Positions 23,655 through 40,597 are shown, numbered from the whole stretch's first letter. The stretch is DNA of 63,754 nt, filler included, from Olpidium bornovanus S191 (GCA_017911155.1; 31 parts of 31 records of this genome joined end to end with filler, not necessarily neighbours in it); one strand, 5' to 3'. The notes: generated by a model from the sequence alone, not told the origin. Translations and numbers: made by a program.

Positions 23655-25584
23655 TTTCAATCTTTTCGCCTAGAAATTACAGTAGTGGTGCTACTTATTT
23701 TCCTGATGAGAACCTTATTCTTCAAGCTCATCAAAAAGCTGCAGTTCCGCGTTACAATAACCGAAAAAAGGAAGTAGGCTGTCTCTTGAATCTCTACATT
23801 TCTCAGATATTCACTCGCCAGTTGCATTAAGTAGATTTTGCCGCCTAGGTGAAGGTTCGCTCTCCAACGGGGATTCTAGCTCAAAAACGGTGTCGCAAGC
23901 CCGCCCCCGCACTCGTTCCCGACTTCATCGCGTCACAAGCGAAGAAAAACAGCCGCGGTACAGAGAGGATGTGAGGCCGTGGGCTGCACAAGAAGGAAAG
24001 CGGCTGCCGGCATCAACCGGTCCACGAAACCAAAGCGATACTGCCTTCCCAGCAACCCCCAGCCAGTGGCCGGTCAATTATGTCAGTGACCCCCCCCCCC
24101 CCTTAATTTTGACCCGGGCGGGGCCGAAGATCTGGGGAATTGCCAAAACGACAAATATGAACAATTACGAAGCCAACAACTGCGACCGAACAACAACAAT
24201 TTGAGCGGATTGATTCGAGCGATAACGATTTCTTGCTACCTCATGCACTCGACCAAAAGCACGTTTTGTCGACCGCTGGATGCACGGCTGCTGCTGTGTC
24301 GCCGGGCCGCATCGCCTCCAGCGCGAGTCGTAATTAACGCGGGCGCAGCTGCGGTCGGAAAGCAGCTTGCTTGCCAACAAAATATGTAACCTCGTCAAAA
24401 TGCACAACGCCGTCCGGCCCCCCTTCCCCCCTTCCACCTCCCTCTCTCCCAATCGCCAGTGGCGAGCGCTAAATCCATGCCCCGGCGCGCTCCGGAAAAA
24501 GCTGAAAACGTAAAAAATACCGACAAAAAAAAAAAGGAAAGCGACGGGGTGGACCCTCTCGGTCCTCCCTGGTCCCCCTCCCCTTTCCTCTCCTCCNNNN
24601 NNNNNNNNNNNNNNNNNNNNNNNNNNNNNNNNNNNNNNNNTTAATTAATTAANNNNNNNNNNNNNNNNNNNNNNNNNNNNNNNNNNNNNNNNNNNNACGG
24701 ATCTGCTTCTGTTGCATCCGTAAGCCGAGCTTGCAGTTGTTCGCTGCCTAGAGCTTCTGGCGATGTGCCGGGAGGCACATTCACGTCCCTCCGCGTCCGA
24801 CAACGCAGTTCGGCGAGGAATGCGGTCACGTCCGAGCGCATACTGGCAGTCGAAGTCATGCTAATCAACGCGCGCGACGTACGCGACGCACGGCGCCGCA
24901 CCGAACGTGCCACAACGCGCGCGACGCACGCAACGTGAAACGCGAGAGGAGAGAAGTTCGCCCGGGAGGTGTCAAAATTTTTTTTCCAAAAAAAAAAAAA
25001 ACCGGTTTGAGATTTTCGTTGCTCTGGTTTGAAGGCCGTTGGGTGCTCCGTCGACCTCGTGCCCCTCCTGCGTGGGGGGGGGGAGGGGGGGGGAAGACGG
25101 CCCTGACAACTCTGTTTCCTGACTCGGAGGGGTGATGGAGCACGTAGCTCTACGCCTTCCATCGACGGACGGGGGAACACACAAAGGAAAAAAAAATAAA
25201 ATAAAATAAACTTCACCTCCCATCCCCCCCCCCCCCCCACGTCGATGGCTTCGTCGGGTTACTTCGTGGCCTGCTTCGCGTTTTGCACATTTACGCTTTC
25301 ATTACATTGCAATGCCAACTGATCGTGCGCGAGAACGGGGGGAAGGACGCCTGCTTGCCAACCGGAAGGGGGGGGGGGCCGTCGTCCGCCGTCGTCCCGG
25401 GCACCCCAAGCGCACACACCGCACTTCCACAAACTACAAATAGAACATAAAATATCTTATTGATTATCGGCGTGTGGATAATCTAGTAAATGGTTTCCCT
25501 GAACCTATTTTTCCGGAACCGTTAAAAGGTTGTGGGTCTGTGAACAAACTTTCGCAAATTTTATGCCCCAAAAAATCGCCGCGG

Positions 25585-25615
<31 letters not shown>

Positions 25616-26018
25616 CCCGCACAGACGGCGTCACGCAAGCTCTACGCCAACGTCTGAGTATGCCCGTGATCATCATCCCGCGGGATACTTGCGTGTGTGG
25701 GCAACAACAATCGACGGCGGCGTCCTGGTCATTGCTGCCGGTCGGGTCCGGCCGGGAAATCGGCTTTTCCGGTCCTTTCAATGCATTCTATGAACAAAGT
25801 GATTTGTGCGGGGGAGTAAAGGAAAAAAAAAAAAAAAAAAAAAAAAAAGGGCCCACCCCCCCCCCCGCCCCCCCCCACCCCCCCCCCCCCCTTTTTTTTT
25901 TTTTTTTTTTCTTGGGCTNNNNNNNNNNNNNNNNNNNNNNNNNNNNNNNNNNNNNNNNNNNNTTAATTAATTAANNNNNNNNNNNNNNNNNNNNNNNNNN
26001 NNNNNNNNNNNNNNNNNN

Positions 26019-27465
26019 CATGGATTCGTCTCTCTTGGAAGCCTCGGCCTCGAGTTCCGCGAGCTTCTCGTTTGATCTGGATTTCACTTCTGCGAGTTCT
26101 TCTCCTGCTCGCCGGAGATCGGTTTGCAGGTCTTCCCGTGACCGCCGCAACCGATCCCTTTCCAACGACAGTTCGTTCTGTTTTATGTTGCTGCGGTCCA
26201 AGGCTGTTTCCAGCTCGGACATTTTTGACTGCAAACTTTCGATCTCACCGCGGGTTTTGTTCTTTTGTTCGGATAATTGCTTTCGAGCATCGTCGAGAGC
26301 AGCTTCGTACGCGCTGCGCTTCCGCCTCTCGTCCTCCTCTAATTCCCGGCTGGAGTTTTTCTCTTCCTCACGTTGCCGCAGCAGTCCTTCCAGCTCGCTT
26401 ATTCTAAGCAAGGTCTCCTCAAAACTCTTTTCCGCCGCTCTCGAGCGTGATAGCTGTTGTTTGAGTTCCTCCGATTCTTTTTGGCTCTGCGCCAAACCCC
26501 TCTCCAAGTCGGAAATTCTCCGCAGTTCGTTATTGGCATTAACGGCTTCCCTGTGAAACTCCTCCCTGCAGGCAACCAGGTCTCTTTGGCTCTGTTCGAG
26601 GGCTCGCTGCAACTCGGGTATCCTGTGCAGCTCTCCGCGGAGCTCGTCGGCTTCCTTTTGTGCAGCTGCCCAGAGGCTTTCCAGGTTTTCCGGTCCTTCG
26701 GGTCGGCTTTGTCCCGTCTCGCGGGAATTGGAGACCTTTTCGCTGAGCCTCCTGATGTCCGCCTCATACTCTTGCTTGGTGTGCTCCAGCTCCTGCCGAC
26801 TGGCGGCCAAGGATCTCTCCAGGTCCGACCCCCGGCGCCGCAGCTCCAGGCTGGTCGCCCCTTCAGGGTTCTGCGTCAACCTCCGCGCACTTTCCAGCTC
26901 CCGCAGGGTTGCTGCGAGCGTCTCCGCCGGTCCGGCCGGCTGACGGCTGCGGTCTTCCGCCCTGGCGTCGAGTTCCCTGTGGTGTCTAACTGTCAATTCG
27001 TTTAGCCGCGCCTCGTGCACCCTTCTGGCATCCTCCAGCGCGCTTTCCAGCTCGAAGATCCTGGACCTGTGGGCGCATATGTGCTCGTCGAGTTCCTGCT
27101 GGTGCCTGCTGGCGACCCAATCGCGCTCGGCGCTAAGCGACGCCATCTGGCCTTCCAGGGTCGCGACCAAGCCCTGCAGCTGTTCGCACTTTTGCCTGTA
27201 CGCGTGCGACACATCCTGGCATCGGTCCGCGTCCTCTTCGGCCCGACGTTTGGCGGCGTCCAGTTCCTCGACGGCACCCTGCAACCGCAGGAGCTCGGTG
27301 TTCTCACCGAGCGACCGCCGGGCCAGCTCGGTCGTAACGCTGACCATGGCCCTCTGGGCCCCCTCGACGTCCCGGGCGTGCTTCTCGAGGACGTCGCACA
27401 GCTGCAGGCGCAGCGCCTGGAACTCGGCCTTGAGTTGCGCGTGCTCCTCCCCGAGCGCCGCCGTC
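26019..27465 (-). CDS. Long coiled-coil protein (internal fragment)
   Basis: Contig-spanning ORF rich in E/L/R/Q/S with heptad character. Family not identifiable. Confidence 0.8.
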
Positions 27466-27565
27466 NNNNNNNNNNNNNNNNNNNNNNNNNNNNNNNNNNN
27501 NNNNNNNNNTTAATTAATTAANNNNNNNNNNNNNNNNNNNNNNNNNNNNNNNNNNNNNNNNNNNN

Positions 27566-29130
27566 CGCTCGTCGGCACGTTGGCGAGGAATTGCTGAAGC
27601 ATCTGTTCAGGCAATTTCTCGTCCTCGATTTTCATGATAGCCCGCCGAAGGTCGGCCAGGCTAAGCTTGATGCGGGAAATCATGATGCTGATATTGTACG
27701 AGCGTTTCGAATCGAGAATCTGGACGGCCTTTGCTTTGGTCGGGCTCCCAGCCGGCGTCGCAGGCGTCGCCGGGGACTTCAAGTCTGCAAAGAACAGCTT
27801 TTTTTCTCAGCTCTTTGAGATGTCACCGCGCGCGCACAACCGCTGTGCCAACCGGCAGCACCCTCACCGTCGGCCTTGGCAGGTGCCGACGCGGCGGAGA
27901 ACAATTCCTCCAGCTCCGGGATATTGATCACTTCGTTCCTGAGCTTCGCCTCAGTGTCCGGGTGGAATTGGCTGAACACCGTGTTCGGGATCACGATGTT
28001 CGGCAGCTTCGTCCAATTCAGCTGCTTCATCTTAACGTTTGGCTTGACAACCGGCTTCGGCTTCAGCTGAGGGCCCCCGGTGAGCGGGGGACGACCGCCA
28101 CCAGGCGGGGGTGGTGGAGGCGGGCCGCCCCCGGGCGGCGGGGGTGGTGGAGGCGGGCCGCCCCCGGGCGGCGGCGGAGAAGGCGGGCCGCTCCCGGGGG
28201 GCGGAGGCGGTGCTGGCGGTCCTCCGGGGAGCGGGGGTGGGGGCGGGGGCGGGAGAGGGGGTAGAGGCAGTGGAACCTCCGATCCCGCCAATGGAGGCGG
28301 CGGCGGTGGAGGGGGTGGTTGCAACGTCGACTGCTCGCTGCCCCCTGCCGTAGGCGGTGGCGGCGGCGGCGGCAGCGGCGGCGGCGGCGGAGGCGGAGGC
28401 GGCGGAGGCATCGGTGGTTGAGAAAGATCTGGGACATTTGCCTGACTCGCTTGTGCATCGTCGGCTCCGATTTCTGCGGGAGGAGGAGGAGGAGCCGGAG
28501 GACGCCTCTTTCCGGAAGAACTCACGGAGGTCGACGAACCGGCCCGTGACTCAAGGGGCGACCCTCCGGAAGCCAAGTTCGCATCTGACGAGGGTCTGCC
28601 TTTTGCTACTATTGCCGAGGCGGCGGCGGTGGCGGTGGCGGCCGCAGCCTCGGCAGCCGTGGCACGCGCGAGGCTGGCTTCGGCTTTTTGTTAATGTCCA
28701 TCACAATACCGGCGTCCAGGAATTGCATAGTCCAGACTGCAGTCAGTACCAGTTGGGGCGTAAAAGAAAACTCTCCCGCGGCGCGGAAATCTTTCTACCC
28801 CGGCGGCCGTTTTCTACCTTCATTTCGTATTCTTGTAACCTCCGATTTCAGATCGTCGATTTCGCTTTTACGTTTTGTAATGATTGCGTCCTTGTCTACT
28901 AGAATTTGCTGCATTTGCTGCGTCTCTTCGGACAAGCGGTGGACTTGGCGCTCCAGCTCGGCGTTCGTAGCTTTAATGGTCTGCGCCTCACCCTGTTGTA
29001 GGAGGGCATCCAGGAGCTTGTTCATGTCAACCCCAAAGTTTCTTTTGAGCGGGTATCGCATCAGCAGAACCTCTTCAAGAACGAGATGGATCAGCTGCCA
29101 ATACTTTGACCTGTTTCCCAAGTCGCTCTC
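27566..29130 (-). CDS. Formin (coiled coil, FH1 and start of FH2; partial, spliced)
   Basis: Polyproline FH1 with GGPPPPPPPP repeats, then KPNVKMKQLNWTKLP, IPELEELFSA, VQILDSKRSYNISIMISRIKLS and LQQFLANVPT (FH2 lasso/knob). Confidence 0.95.
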
Positions 29131-30949
29131 GCGTTAGCTGCCTCAGCGGGGTCTTCAGCACCGCGAACATTTGCGCACGCTCCGACTGTGAATCGTCCGA
29201 GGGCAAGCTTCTTACGCGAGATGGTTCATAGGCACAAGCATGCAGTCTCGCAGCACCCTCGTGAGCCACGCTCTCGCCTTGGTATCAGTAAATTTGCTCT
29301 TGAGAGCGGCGAATATTTCGTCCGGGTTGTTCGTGTTCAGGTTTCCCCCATTGTTGGCNNNNNNNNNNNNNNNNNNNNNNNNNNNNNNNNNNNNNNNNNN
29401 NNTTAATTAATTAANNNNNNNNNNNNNNNNNNNNNNNNNNNNNNNNNNNNNNNNNNNNGCATGCATGCAATCTGTAATAACAACTGCACGTATTTCCAGT
29501 AATCGGAGAGGCGAAACTCGCAAAGGTCCTCGTCGGTACAGAGTGGCACCGCCTCAGACAATCAGAGCTTGCGACGCGATCTCCTGCAGAAGTTCAATTC
29601 GTCGAGGATTGGTTGCAGCTGCTTGAGGAGCAAGAAAGGACCTCCGTAAGTACACATTACGAACGTAGTTCGCTATCCGCAGTCGGTAACCTTTATTCTG
29701 CAAAAAGGTCCGAATGCCACGTTACAACGACTTCGTCATATGGTGTTCATATAAAAACATCCCCCTCAAAAACGAACACCCGCGAGGAGGAACCAACGCG
29801 TGGTTTGAGGATGCCCTCAGAAAAGTATCTGAGAGCGACAAGGGAAAAGGCCACACAATTTTTTTGGAACCCTCCCCTGTCCCACTCAGGGAACATGCAG
29901 TGTCCATGCAATTCCAAGTGAGACGCTACAGCACATTGCGTCAACGGCGCTATCGTCATCATATCTAACGCAACAAAATCTCGCAGGCTGCACCAACGTA
30001 CTACTCGCCCACCACGCCGTGGACCGCCTTTGGACACCCGACCGCCAACCCGGCCGTCGCCGCCCCCGCCTCTTTCGCTCCGCCGCCGGCCCCCGCCTCC
30101 GCCCCCTTCGCGCCGCCGCCGGCCCCAGCCCCCGCCCCCTTCGCGCCGCCGTCGGCCATCTGGGGTCGTCAGACCCCATATCCCCCTCCCCCCTTCCCGC
30201 GAGTGAACCCCCCCATCCCCCCCCTTGTCCCTCCTATGTCAAAATACCCCTGTTCTCGACCATTTTTTTTCCTGAAAACTCTCTCGTTTTGACCCACACT
30301 TCTTGAATATTGATATGTTTTTAAATTCAAAATTATTCCGTTGTTTGGACCTTTTGATCATTACCATATGAAAATCGGCCTCACGACATTCCATTCATTC
30401 GATTATGCGACCGTTCTTCTCTGTTGTAAATTGAATGGTTCCGGTGGTATACGCTGATATCCACTCCATTTTTTACGAACTCCGCTACAAGCGGCGAGTC
30501 GATTTTCTTGACGGCCGTATGCATTATATGGGCGGGGAACTCGATCACGATCACGAAGGCAAATAGGCTCACCTTTTCATTTTTTGGTTGTTTTTCAGAA
30601 AATGTTAGCAAGTTTGTGCACCGCATTCTATTGAAACGACACGCAGCGCCCCGGAAACAAATCACCTGGGCGTTGTCGAAAATGAGATTGCGCATGGGCA
30701 AATGAAAAGAAACCTTCCTTGGGGGCCGGCATGCCGACAGGAGCAGAAAATTCGGATGCTCCCGCTCTTGAAAACGATCAGGGAACGCCAGCGTGGTGAA
30801 ATCCACCAGCTCCCGCGAAATCGCCGTCGCCATTTTTGAGCATAAATCCNNNNNNNNNNNNNNNNNNNNNNNNNNNNNNNNNNNNNNNNNNNNTTAATTA
30901 ATTAANNNNNNNNNNNNNNNNNNNNNNNNNNNNNNNNNNNNNNNNNNNN

Positions 30950-31750
30950 GTCATGGGCGATCAGAATATCCTTGATCTCCTTCTTGGACGCCTCGTCGAC
31001 GTACTTCTGGTAGAACGCGACGATGGCCTTGGCGAGCGCCTGGCGGATTGCTGGCAAGCAGAAAACTCCGAGTCGTCAGAGTCACGCGGGAAGGGAGGGA
31101 GAAAAAAGCCCGAGATGCAGCAGTACCGGCGCGCGCGGGTAACGGCCCGGAAGCCGGATATTTACCGTAGATTTGGGAAGTGTGACCACCGCCCTTGACA
31201 CGGATACGAATGTCAACATTTGCAAACTTGTCCTGGCCGATCAGCAGAATGGGCTCGTAGATTTTGAATTTGAGGATGTCGGGCTCTACCAGCTCGATGG
31301 GGGAGCCGTTGAGGCGGATGAGGCCCTTTCCCCGCTTGCAGAAAGCAACAGCGGTGGCGGTTTTCTGTTCCGCGGACCCGAAAACGGCAAGAGCGGGAAG
31401 GTGAGCCCGTTGGACGAGCGTAATGCGAGGGGGGGGGGGTTGACGACGGCGGGGTAGGTCGTAGGGCCAACTTGGCCACGCCCGAGTCGCCCGGACGCGG
31501 CGGCTCCTACTGCTGCTCCTCTCGCCCTCGGTTTCCCAATCTTGCCCGCTTGCCCCCCCTTGCCGGGCAGAATTTCGCATCCTTTTCCGGTAGGGCAACA
31601 CGTTCGCGAGGAAGACACGGGGCGCCACTGGCTCGGGGCGGGCCGCAGGCGCCCGGCCGGCACGGGACAACTCGCCTAACGACAAAACGCACAAGGCGGG
31701 GAAAAAAAGGCGGCACTGACCTTGCGCCCGTAGGTTTGAACAGCCTCCAT
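30950..31750 (-). CDS. RPS16: 40S ribosomal protein S16/uS9 (3' truncated)
   Basis: Exons 31750-31721 ([10 protein letters not shown]), 31364-31166 ([20 protein letters not shown]...[12 protein letters not shown]) and 31050-30950 ([30 protein letters not shown]). Confidence 0.98.
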
Positions 31751-32247
31751 GATAGACAGCGCCTAGCAGGGAGTCCCCGTTTTCTCGGTTGGTCTGCTGG
31801 AAGGGGAAACGAGGGCGCGCGCGGACAGGTGTCGGGGGTCAGGACGCAAATGTCTCGAGCGCGCTCCGAACCGGCCGACGCCCGCATACGGGGTGGCGGT
31901 GGGGTCCGCCGGCGGAGAGTGGCAGCAGAGGAGGGAACCGACTTCGCAGCCGGGTGGGGGCGGAAGTGAAAAAAAGCCGGCGGGCAGCGGCGTGCGCAGG
32001 ACGGGCAGCGGCGGCAAGGGCGGCGGGCGCGAGAGCGCGGGGATGGCGGGGCAAACGGGATGGCAGGGCGGAAGAGGATGGCCCGGGGCGGGGCCTGGGT
32101 GCGGGCGGGGCGGCGTGGGCGCCCTTAACCCATTCCCGCTTCTCTTTTTCTCACCAGGCGAAATTTCCCTCGTTGGGGGTTGCGGGTGGCGGGCAAGTTC
32201 GGGAAAGGGGGGGGGAGGGGGGGAGTCACCGGGAGGAGGGAGGGACC

Positions 32248-32288
<41 letters not shown>

Positions 32289-32388
32289 NNNNNNNNNNNN
32301 NNNNNNNNNNNNNNNNNNNNNNNNNNNNNNNNTTAATTAATTAANNNNNNNNNNNNNNNNNNNNNNNNNNNNNNNNNNNNNNNNNNNN

Positions 32389-35060
32389 AAGCTCTGTGCC
32401 TCGGCAAAAGCGTGGCTGCTGGCGGCGTACAGGTCCGCACCACTTGAAGTGGCCGGCCTTTTGCAAGTGGGTGTGGTCCACTTTTTTTTTTCCTTCTTTA
32501 CGTGGCATGTTGCTGCGATTTCGAAATTCGCTGCTCCCAAGGCTGAGGGTTATTCGCGATTCCTCAGGCGTACATATCCGAAATTGAGAATCTTTACTGC
32601 AGCAAAATGGCCGTGCACATGGGCCGCTCGTTGGCTCTCGAGGTCGGCGGCAGCTTCTACAGGCCCGAGGATTCGTTTCAGGACGTGCCGCACAGCGCAG
32701 GCTCGATTCTGAACAACGCCTCCGAGTTCATGCTCAACTATTCCCTGCAACGTCACTACCATGGAGAAATGGCCGGAATTCAACGGGTCATGTCTTCCAA
32801 GTCAAGTGAAGGTAAGGTGTTACTCGTCTGCAAAGTGTGTGTGTGGCATTCAATGCTCTTTCCTCACCGGGTAAAGTTGTCCACGGCATGCCGCGATAAC
32901 GAGGCCGCGTACTTTTGCCATTCCAGATTTGCGGTTGTTGCTGTGCCAGAAGACCCAAGCGGTCGACAGTCCGATTCTGGATCTGAAACGGAGGCTGGCT
33001 TCTCTGTTACAGAAAGCCAGGAACAAAGCCCACACCCAGATGCACCACGTCGTGGGATTGCTTCAATCAGCTGCCGCGACCATCATAGCGCTCCCCGACG
33101 GCGATCCTGAGCTCATGAACTACGTTTGCGAGATACCGTACCAGGTGTTTAGCGCCGCGGTTGTCCGTTACGCCACCGCGCTGTGGACGTGGATCATTGT
33201 CGCCTGCCCGAAACTCGAGGCGCAGCTTTTGTGCAACGTCGTCGCGGGGTGGGAATCTACTGCGCGCCACCGCAAAGGGCTGTTTTCCAAAAGCTTCAAG
33301 TGCGTTTGGGTTTGTTTCTGCCTTGCGTCCGCTGGCGTTCTCAATGCTCCTGCGGGCCGAACCGATCGCTGCCGTCCCTGCCATTCCTTCAGGCCACTCC
33401 CACCTGATCCTCCAGTAATGTTCACTCAATTTCGAATTTAGTTACCGTGATCCGTTCACGCATAAAGTCCAGTACACTCCATCCGACAAGCACCTCAGGA
33501 TCGAGCACGCGAAACAGATTAATCTGGCGCTGGCGCCGCATCTTTCGTTAATACAGTTTTTGAGCGGGCGGTTCGAAGTGACCAGGCATCAAAATCCGCG
33601 AAGCCTGCACCTCTATCGGCAGCTTTTGGAGTTCACTTTCGAAGAGCGTCACCACATAAGGTTCGGAAGCCCGCAAAAAAAAAGAAAACGAATTCATCAC
33701 GCGTTGATCCCTGCGTAGACGAACGCACTCCTGAACTCACCTGCCTGTGTGTATCCTGCCCCACCCGCTGTCGGTGCACCGTTTTCTTTTTCTTTTTTTT
33801 TTTTTTTTTTTATACCAGCACGCACCCCCTAACCCGAGAGTCCCGTTTCATGCTGCTCCTTCTGGGTTTCAAGGTCTTGCGGTGCCCGTTTGTGGATAAC
33901 GTCTGCGAGTACCGTTTCCGCGCGCGTATATACGAGACGGCGTTTGCGTGGTTTGCTTTACGGCCGAGGTGATTTTTGTCGAACCAGGATATCGTTTCCG
34001 CATTGTTTCTTTTTTTTGTTTATTCTTTTGTTTTTTTTTTCCTGTTGTTCACGTGTGGCGGCCTTTTTGCAGTTGGAGTTGCGGTGCCGGAAAACAGGGA
34101 ACGCTCACGGAAATGAATCTAGTCAAGGAGTTTTACCGGGCCGTCGAGAAAGACTCGGAGTACCCCGGTCAGGTGAACATCTGGAGTAATGTTTCGCGCG
34201 GAATCCGCGCCGACAGGAACAGCAACGCGAAGTCAACGGTTCAGGGGCAACGAAACAACAATGTTTTTCGGGGTGGGTGGTTTACTCGAATCCGAGCACA
34301 ACTTTTTTCGTTTTTTTTTTCCACGTGTCCACGCCGCCACATGTCTGATCAATATCGACATTAGAAACGGCAGAGGAAGACATGCCAGCAATTTTTCAGA
34401 GATGGCGAACTTTGCTGCTACTTTTCACCGAGAGTGAAATAAGCAGGCTGATGGTGTGGAGCAACCCCTTGGACAACACTTCCCAAGTCGGTTTCGACGC
34501 GCACGAAAAGACCATGACGGACGTGAGGACCCGGGTATTGCGAAAAGCGTTCCGCCGACGACCTCCCCTGCTTATTTCGAGTTCAACGACAGGATTCGTG
34601 GCGGGCCGTGGTCGGCGACGCGTGGGAAGTCCACCCGAAACTGGCCGTGCAGCTGGCCCACCGCTTTACCAACCCGACCATTCAAGGTGATCTCCGAAGT
34701 CTGCTCACGATGAACACTATTGACGCGATTGATACGCCAGAAGCTTTGCCTTATCTGCTTACGGATGTTAACATCATCGCCGATCTAAGTAATCTGAAGG
34801 TGGGGTCGGTTTATGGTTCCTCTATTATCGCTATATTGTAAAACGCGAAGTTTGAGGCTGACGCTGTGATGCGGGGTCCGCAGTACTTGCTTTATTGGGC
34901 GCCGGTTCCGCCGGTGACCGCAACGTCGCTTTTCTCCCCCAGGTTCGGGCGACATCCGCTCGTGTTACAGTACGCTATGCGTGTTCTGGAGCACTTTCCT
35001 GTCGACACCGTTTTTTTCTACGTCCCGCAACTGGTGCAGGCATTGCGGACGGACTCTTAC
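32389..35060 (+). CDS. STT4: Phosphatidylinositol 4-kinase alpha (internal fragment, multi-exon)
   Basis: YATALWTWII...WESTARHRKGLFS, LAPHLSLIQFL, PLTRESRFMLLLLG, ESEISRLMVWSNPL, AWEVHPKLAVQLAHRF and YLLYWAPVPPVTA...HPLVLQYAMRVLEHFPVDTVFFYVPQLVQALRTD (PIK helical domain). Confidence 0.95.
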
Positions 35061-35804
35061 GGTGTGTCAGCAAAAAAAAAAAAAAAAAAAAAACAAAAAA
35101 AAAAGAACGGCNNNNNNNNNNNNNNNNNNNNNNNNNNNNNNNNNNNNNNNNNNNNTTAATTAATTAANNNNNNNNNNNNNNNNNNNNNNNNNNNNNNNNN
35201 NNNNNNNNNNNCATGATAAATGCTTATTCGCCCAGCAGTTATAGACGAACGTATGGGCTCCAAACACCTTTGGAGCACATCCGGTTGAGGTCTATTGTTT
35301 GTTTAACCCACATTCGCAGGCGCCCGTGGGGAAGTCGAACGTGACCCTTACATCGCGACCAAAGTTGTTGATCACGAAACACGTATATCTTGTTTGTTGC
35401 TCTTCTTGCAAGGGAAGGTGTCGAAGTGAAACATATGGATCTTGTCAACATTTTTAATGCACGCCGTGCCTTAGGGCGCGCCGCTCGTGGACCCCGCGCT
35501 CGCAGCGCCGGCCGCCAAGTTCAGCGATCGTCAGGCGGCAACGGTCTCACCTTTGCCCTCCTGCTGTTGGGGAGGAGGGAAGTGGTTGCGGGCGGTTGTT
35601 TGTAGCCGCTGTGGCGGCAGTGTTCTGACTGTTTTATTTTTTTTTTCTTTCTTTTGTTTATTCCGCCAACCGGCCCCCTTTTGCCCTTCCGGCCCCGGCC
35701 GGTAGCCCCGACCCGACCCGCCGCGCGCCCTGCAAAACATACCTTCGGAACCCAGACGCGGGGAAAACCGACGAAGCAATCGCAAAGAGACAAAGCTCGC
35801 CGCC

Positions 35805-38394
<2,590 letters not shown>

Positions 38395-38919
38395 NNNNNN
38401 NNNNNNNNNNNNNNNNNNNNNNNNNNNNNNNNNNNNNNTTAATTAATTAANNNNNNNNNNNNNNNNNNNNNNNNNNNNNNNNNNNNNNNNNNNNAAAAAA
38501 AAAAAAAAAAAAAAAGCAAAATAATTAAAAAGATGACACAGAAAACAGAAAGAGAGAGAAAAAAAATAAAAAAAGGGAAATCTGTTTGTACGTGCCCCTA
38601 GAACTCTCAGTGGTTCTCTCTCCCGTCCTTTCACATCCGCCGCCCACGCCGGTCGCCACGGCAACGGCGACGAACGAACGGACGACCGCGCGGCGCGAGC
38701 CCCACTCCTCTGTCCTCCGTCCGCTCCCGCGTCTCGTTCGTTTGGCGCTCGAACGGACGAAACGGAGATAGAAAGAACAACCCCCTCCCCCACCCATCCC
38801 CCCCGCATCCCCCCGGCCTAACCCTAACCCCGCAGCAGCATTCTCGCCGTCGTCGAGTCCTTGCGCTGCAATCCATTTTGTGCGCTCGACCCGCGGCCTC
38901 CGGCGAGGCGCGACCGACA

Positions 38920-40407
38920 ATGAGCTTAACCAGCGACGACGTAAACCTCATGATACACAGGTATCTGCAGGAATCCGGTGAGTTCAGAAAGGAGGAGGAG
39001 GGGTGGGAGGGAAGCGGGGGGAGGAAAGGGAAGAAGAGAGAAAGAGAACGAAATGGAGAGAGAGAGCAGGGAGGGGGAATTGGAAGCAGATGGAGAGAAT
39101 TGGAAGCAGATGGGGAGAATTGGAGGCGGATGGGGAGAAATAAAGGCAGATCGCGAGAATTAGAGGCAGAAGGGAAGAATTGGAGGCAGATGGGGGAGAA
39201 TTGGAGACAGATGTGGGAGAATTGGAGGCAGATGGGGAGAATTGGAGGCAGAGGGGGAAGGGGGAAGAGAAAGAGTGAGTGAGAGCAAAGAGAGCAAAAA
39301 GAGAGAATTGGGGGAAGACAAAAGGGAAAAGGGGAAAGAAGAGAGAGAGCAGAGAGAGCACAGAGGGAGAATTGAGGGAAGAAGGGGGAAGGGGGAGGTG
39401 GGGGGAGCGGGGGACGGGGGGAGGGGGGGAAGAAAATAAAGAGAGACGGAGATTCGAGGACCGGTAGCGCTGGGGCAGCGAAGGGATCCTCGCCGATGTC
39501 CCGACACCGCGAATTACACTCGCCCAGGTTACCGTCACAGCCTGTTCGTGTTTCAGAAGGAGACCAAGGTCACCAAATCCCAGGCCGTCCGCCTGGCTGA
39601 CGACGTGAAACCAGGTGCTCTTGTGCACACGCTCCGGAAAGGACTCCGGATGCTGATCCTCGAAGCGCACCTTGGGGAGGTTGGTCCCTGCTTCCGACCC
39701 AAGCGTCTAAGCTTTCCGCGGGAAGGGGGATGTTCCTGCCCCAGTTTGCCCTAATCTCAGCCACGCTTCCGGTTATTCGCCGCGTTTCGTCACCGCCGTC
39801 GCCGGATCGATGTTCACTGTCCCGGCTTCGCCATCATTTCTTGCAGGACGAGCCGGATCTGGAATGCCGCGCGCCGTTTTCAATTCTGGCCCCGCATCTG
39901 CACAAGTGCGACCAGGCTTCACCGATGCGTTCCAAGAGGCGGAAGCGAAACTCCCTGGATTTGGACGTTGCCGTCGAGCGGACGGCCGTGTCGGCGGCCG
40001 CCTCGGCCTCGGGAGGGGCGGACGCGAGTTTGGGCCGGCTCATGTGGATGACGACGGAAACGGAAGGGGCAATGGATAAGCAGCGGGAGTGGGCGAGGAG
40101 GCAGGAGAGAGAGGGGGAAAGGGAGAGTGAGAGGGTATTGGAGAGGGAGAGGGAAAGAGAGATGGAGAAGGACAGGGAGAAGGAGATGGAAAGGGAAAAG
40201 GAGAGGAAGAGGGAGATGGAGAGGGAGAGGGAGAGGGAGAAGGAGAGGAAAAAGCAGGCGGAGAGGGAAAGGGAGATGGAGAGGGAAAGAGAGATGGAAA
40301 AGGATAGGGAAAGGGAGAGGAAATGGGAGACGGAGAAGGCAAGGGAGATGGAGAAGGAAAAGAAAAAAGAGGGAGAAAGGGAAGTGGAGAAGGCAAGGGA
40401 GAAAGAG
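38920..40407 (+). CDS. LisH-domain protein, TBL1/SIF2 family (N-terminal part)
   Basis: [19 protein letters not shown]|[12 protein letters not shown]...[21 protein letters not shown]|DE...[15 protein letters not shown] matches the TBL1/Sif2 N-terminus. Exon 1 is 38920-38977 and exon 2 starts at 39528. An ERE/KE-rich tract follows. Confidence 0.85.
39060..39260. repeat. Intronic ~20-nt purine-rich minisatellite
   Basis: Repeated GAGAATTGGAGGCAGATGGG-like units within intron 1 of the LisH gene. Confidence 0.85.
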
Positions 40408-40542
40408 NNNNNNNNNNNNNNNNNNNNNNNNNNNNNNNNNNNNNNNNNNNNTTAATTAATTAANNNNNNNNNNNNNNNNNNNNNNNNNNNNNNNNNNNNN
40501 NNNNNNNGAAAAAAGGGGGGGGGGGGGGGGGCGCCGGCCCCC

Positions 40543-40597
<55 letters not shown>

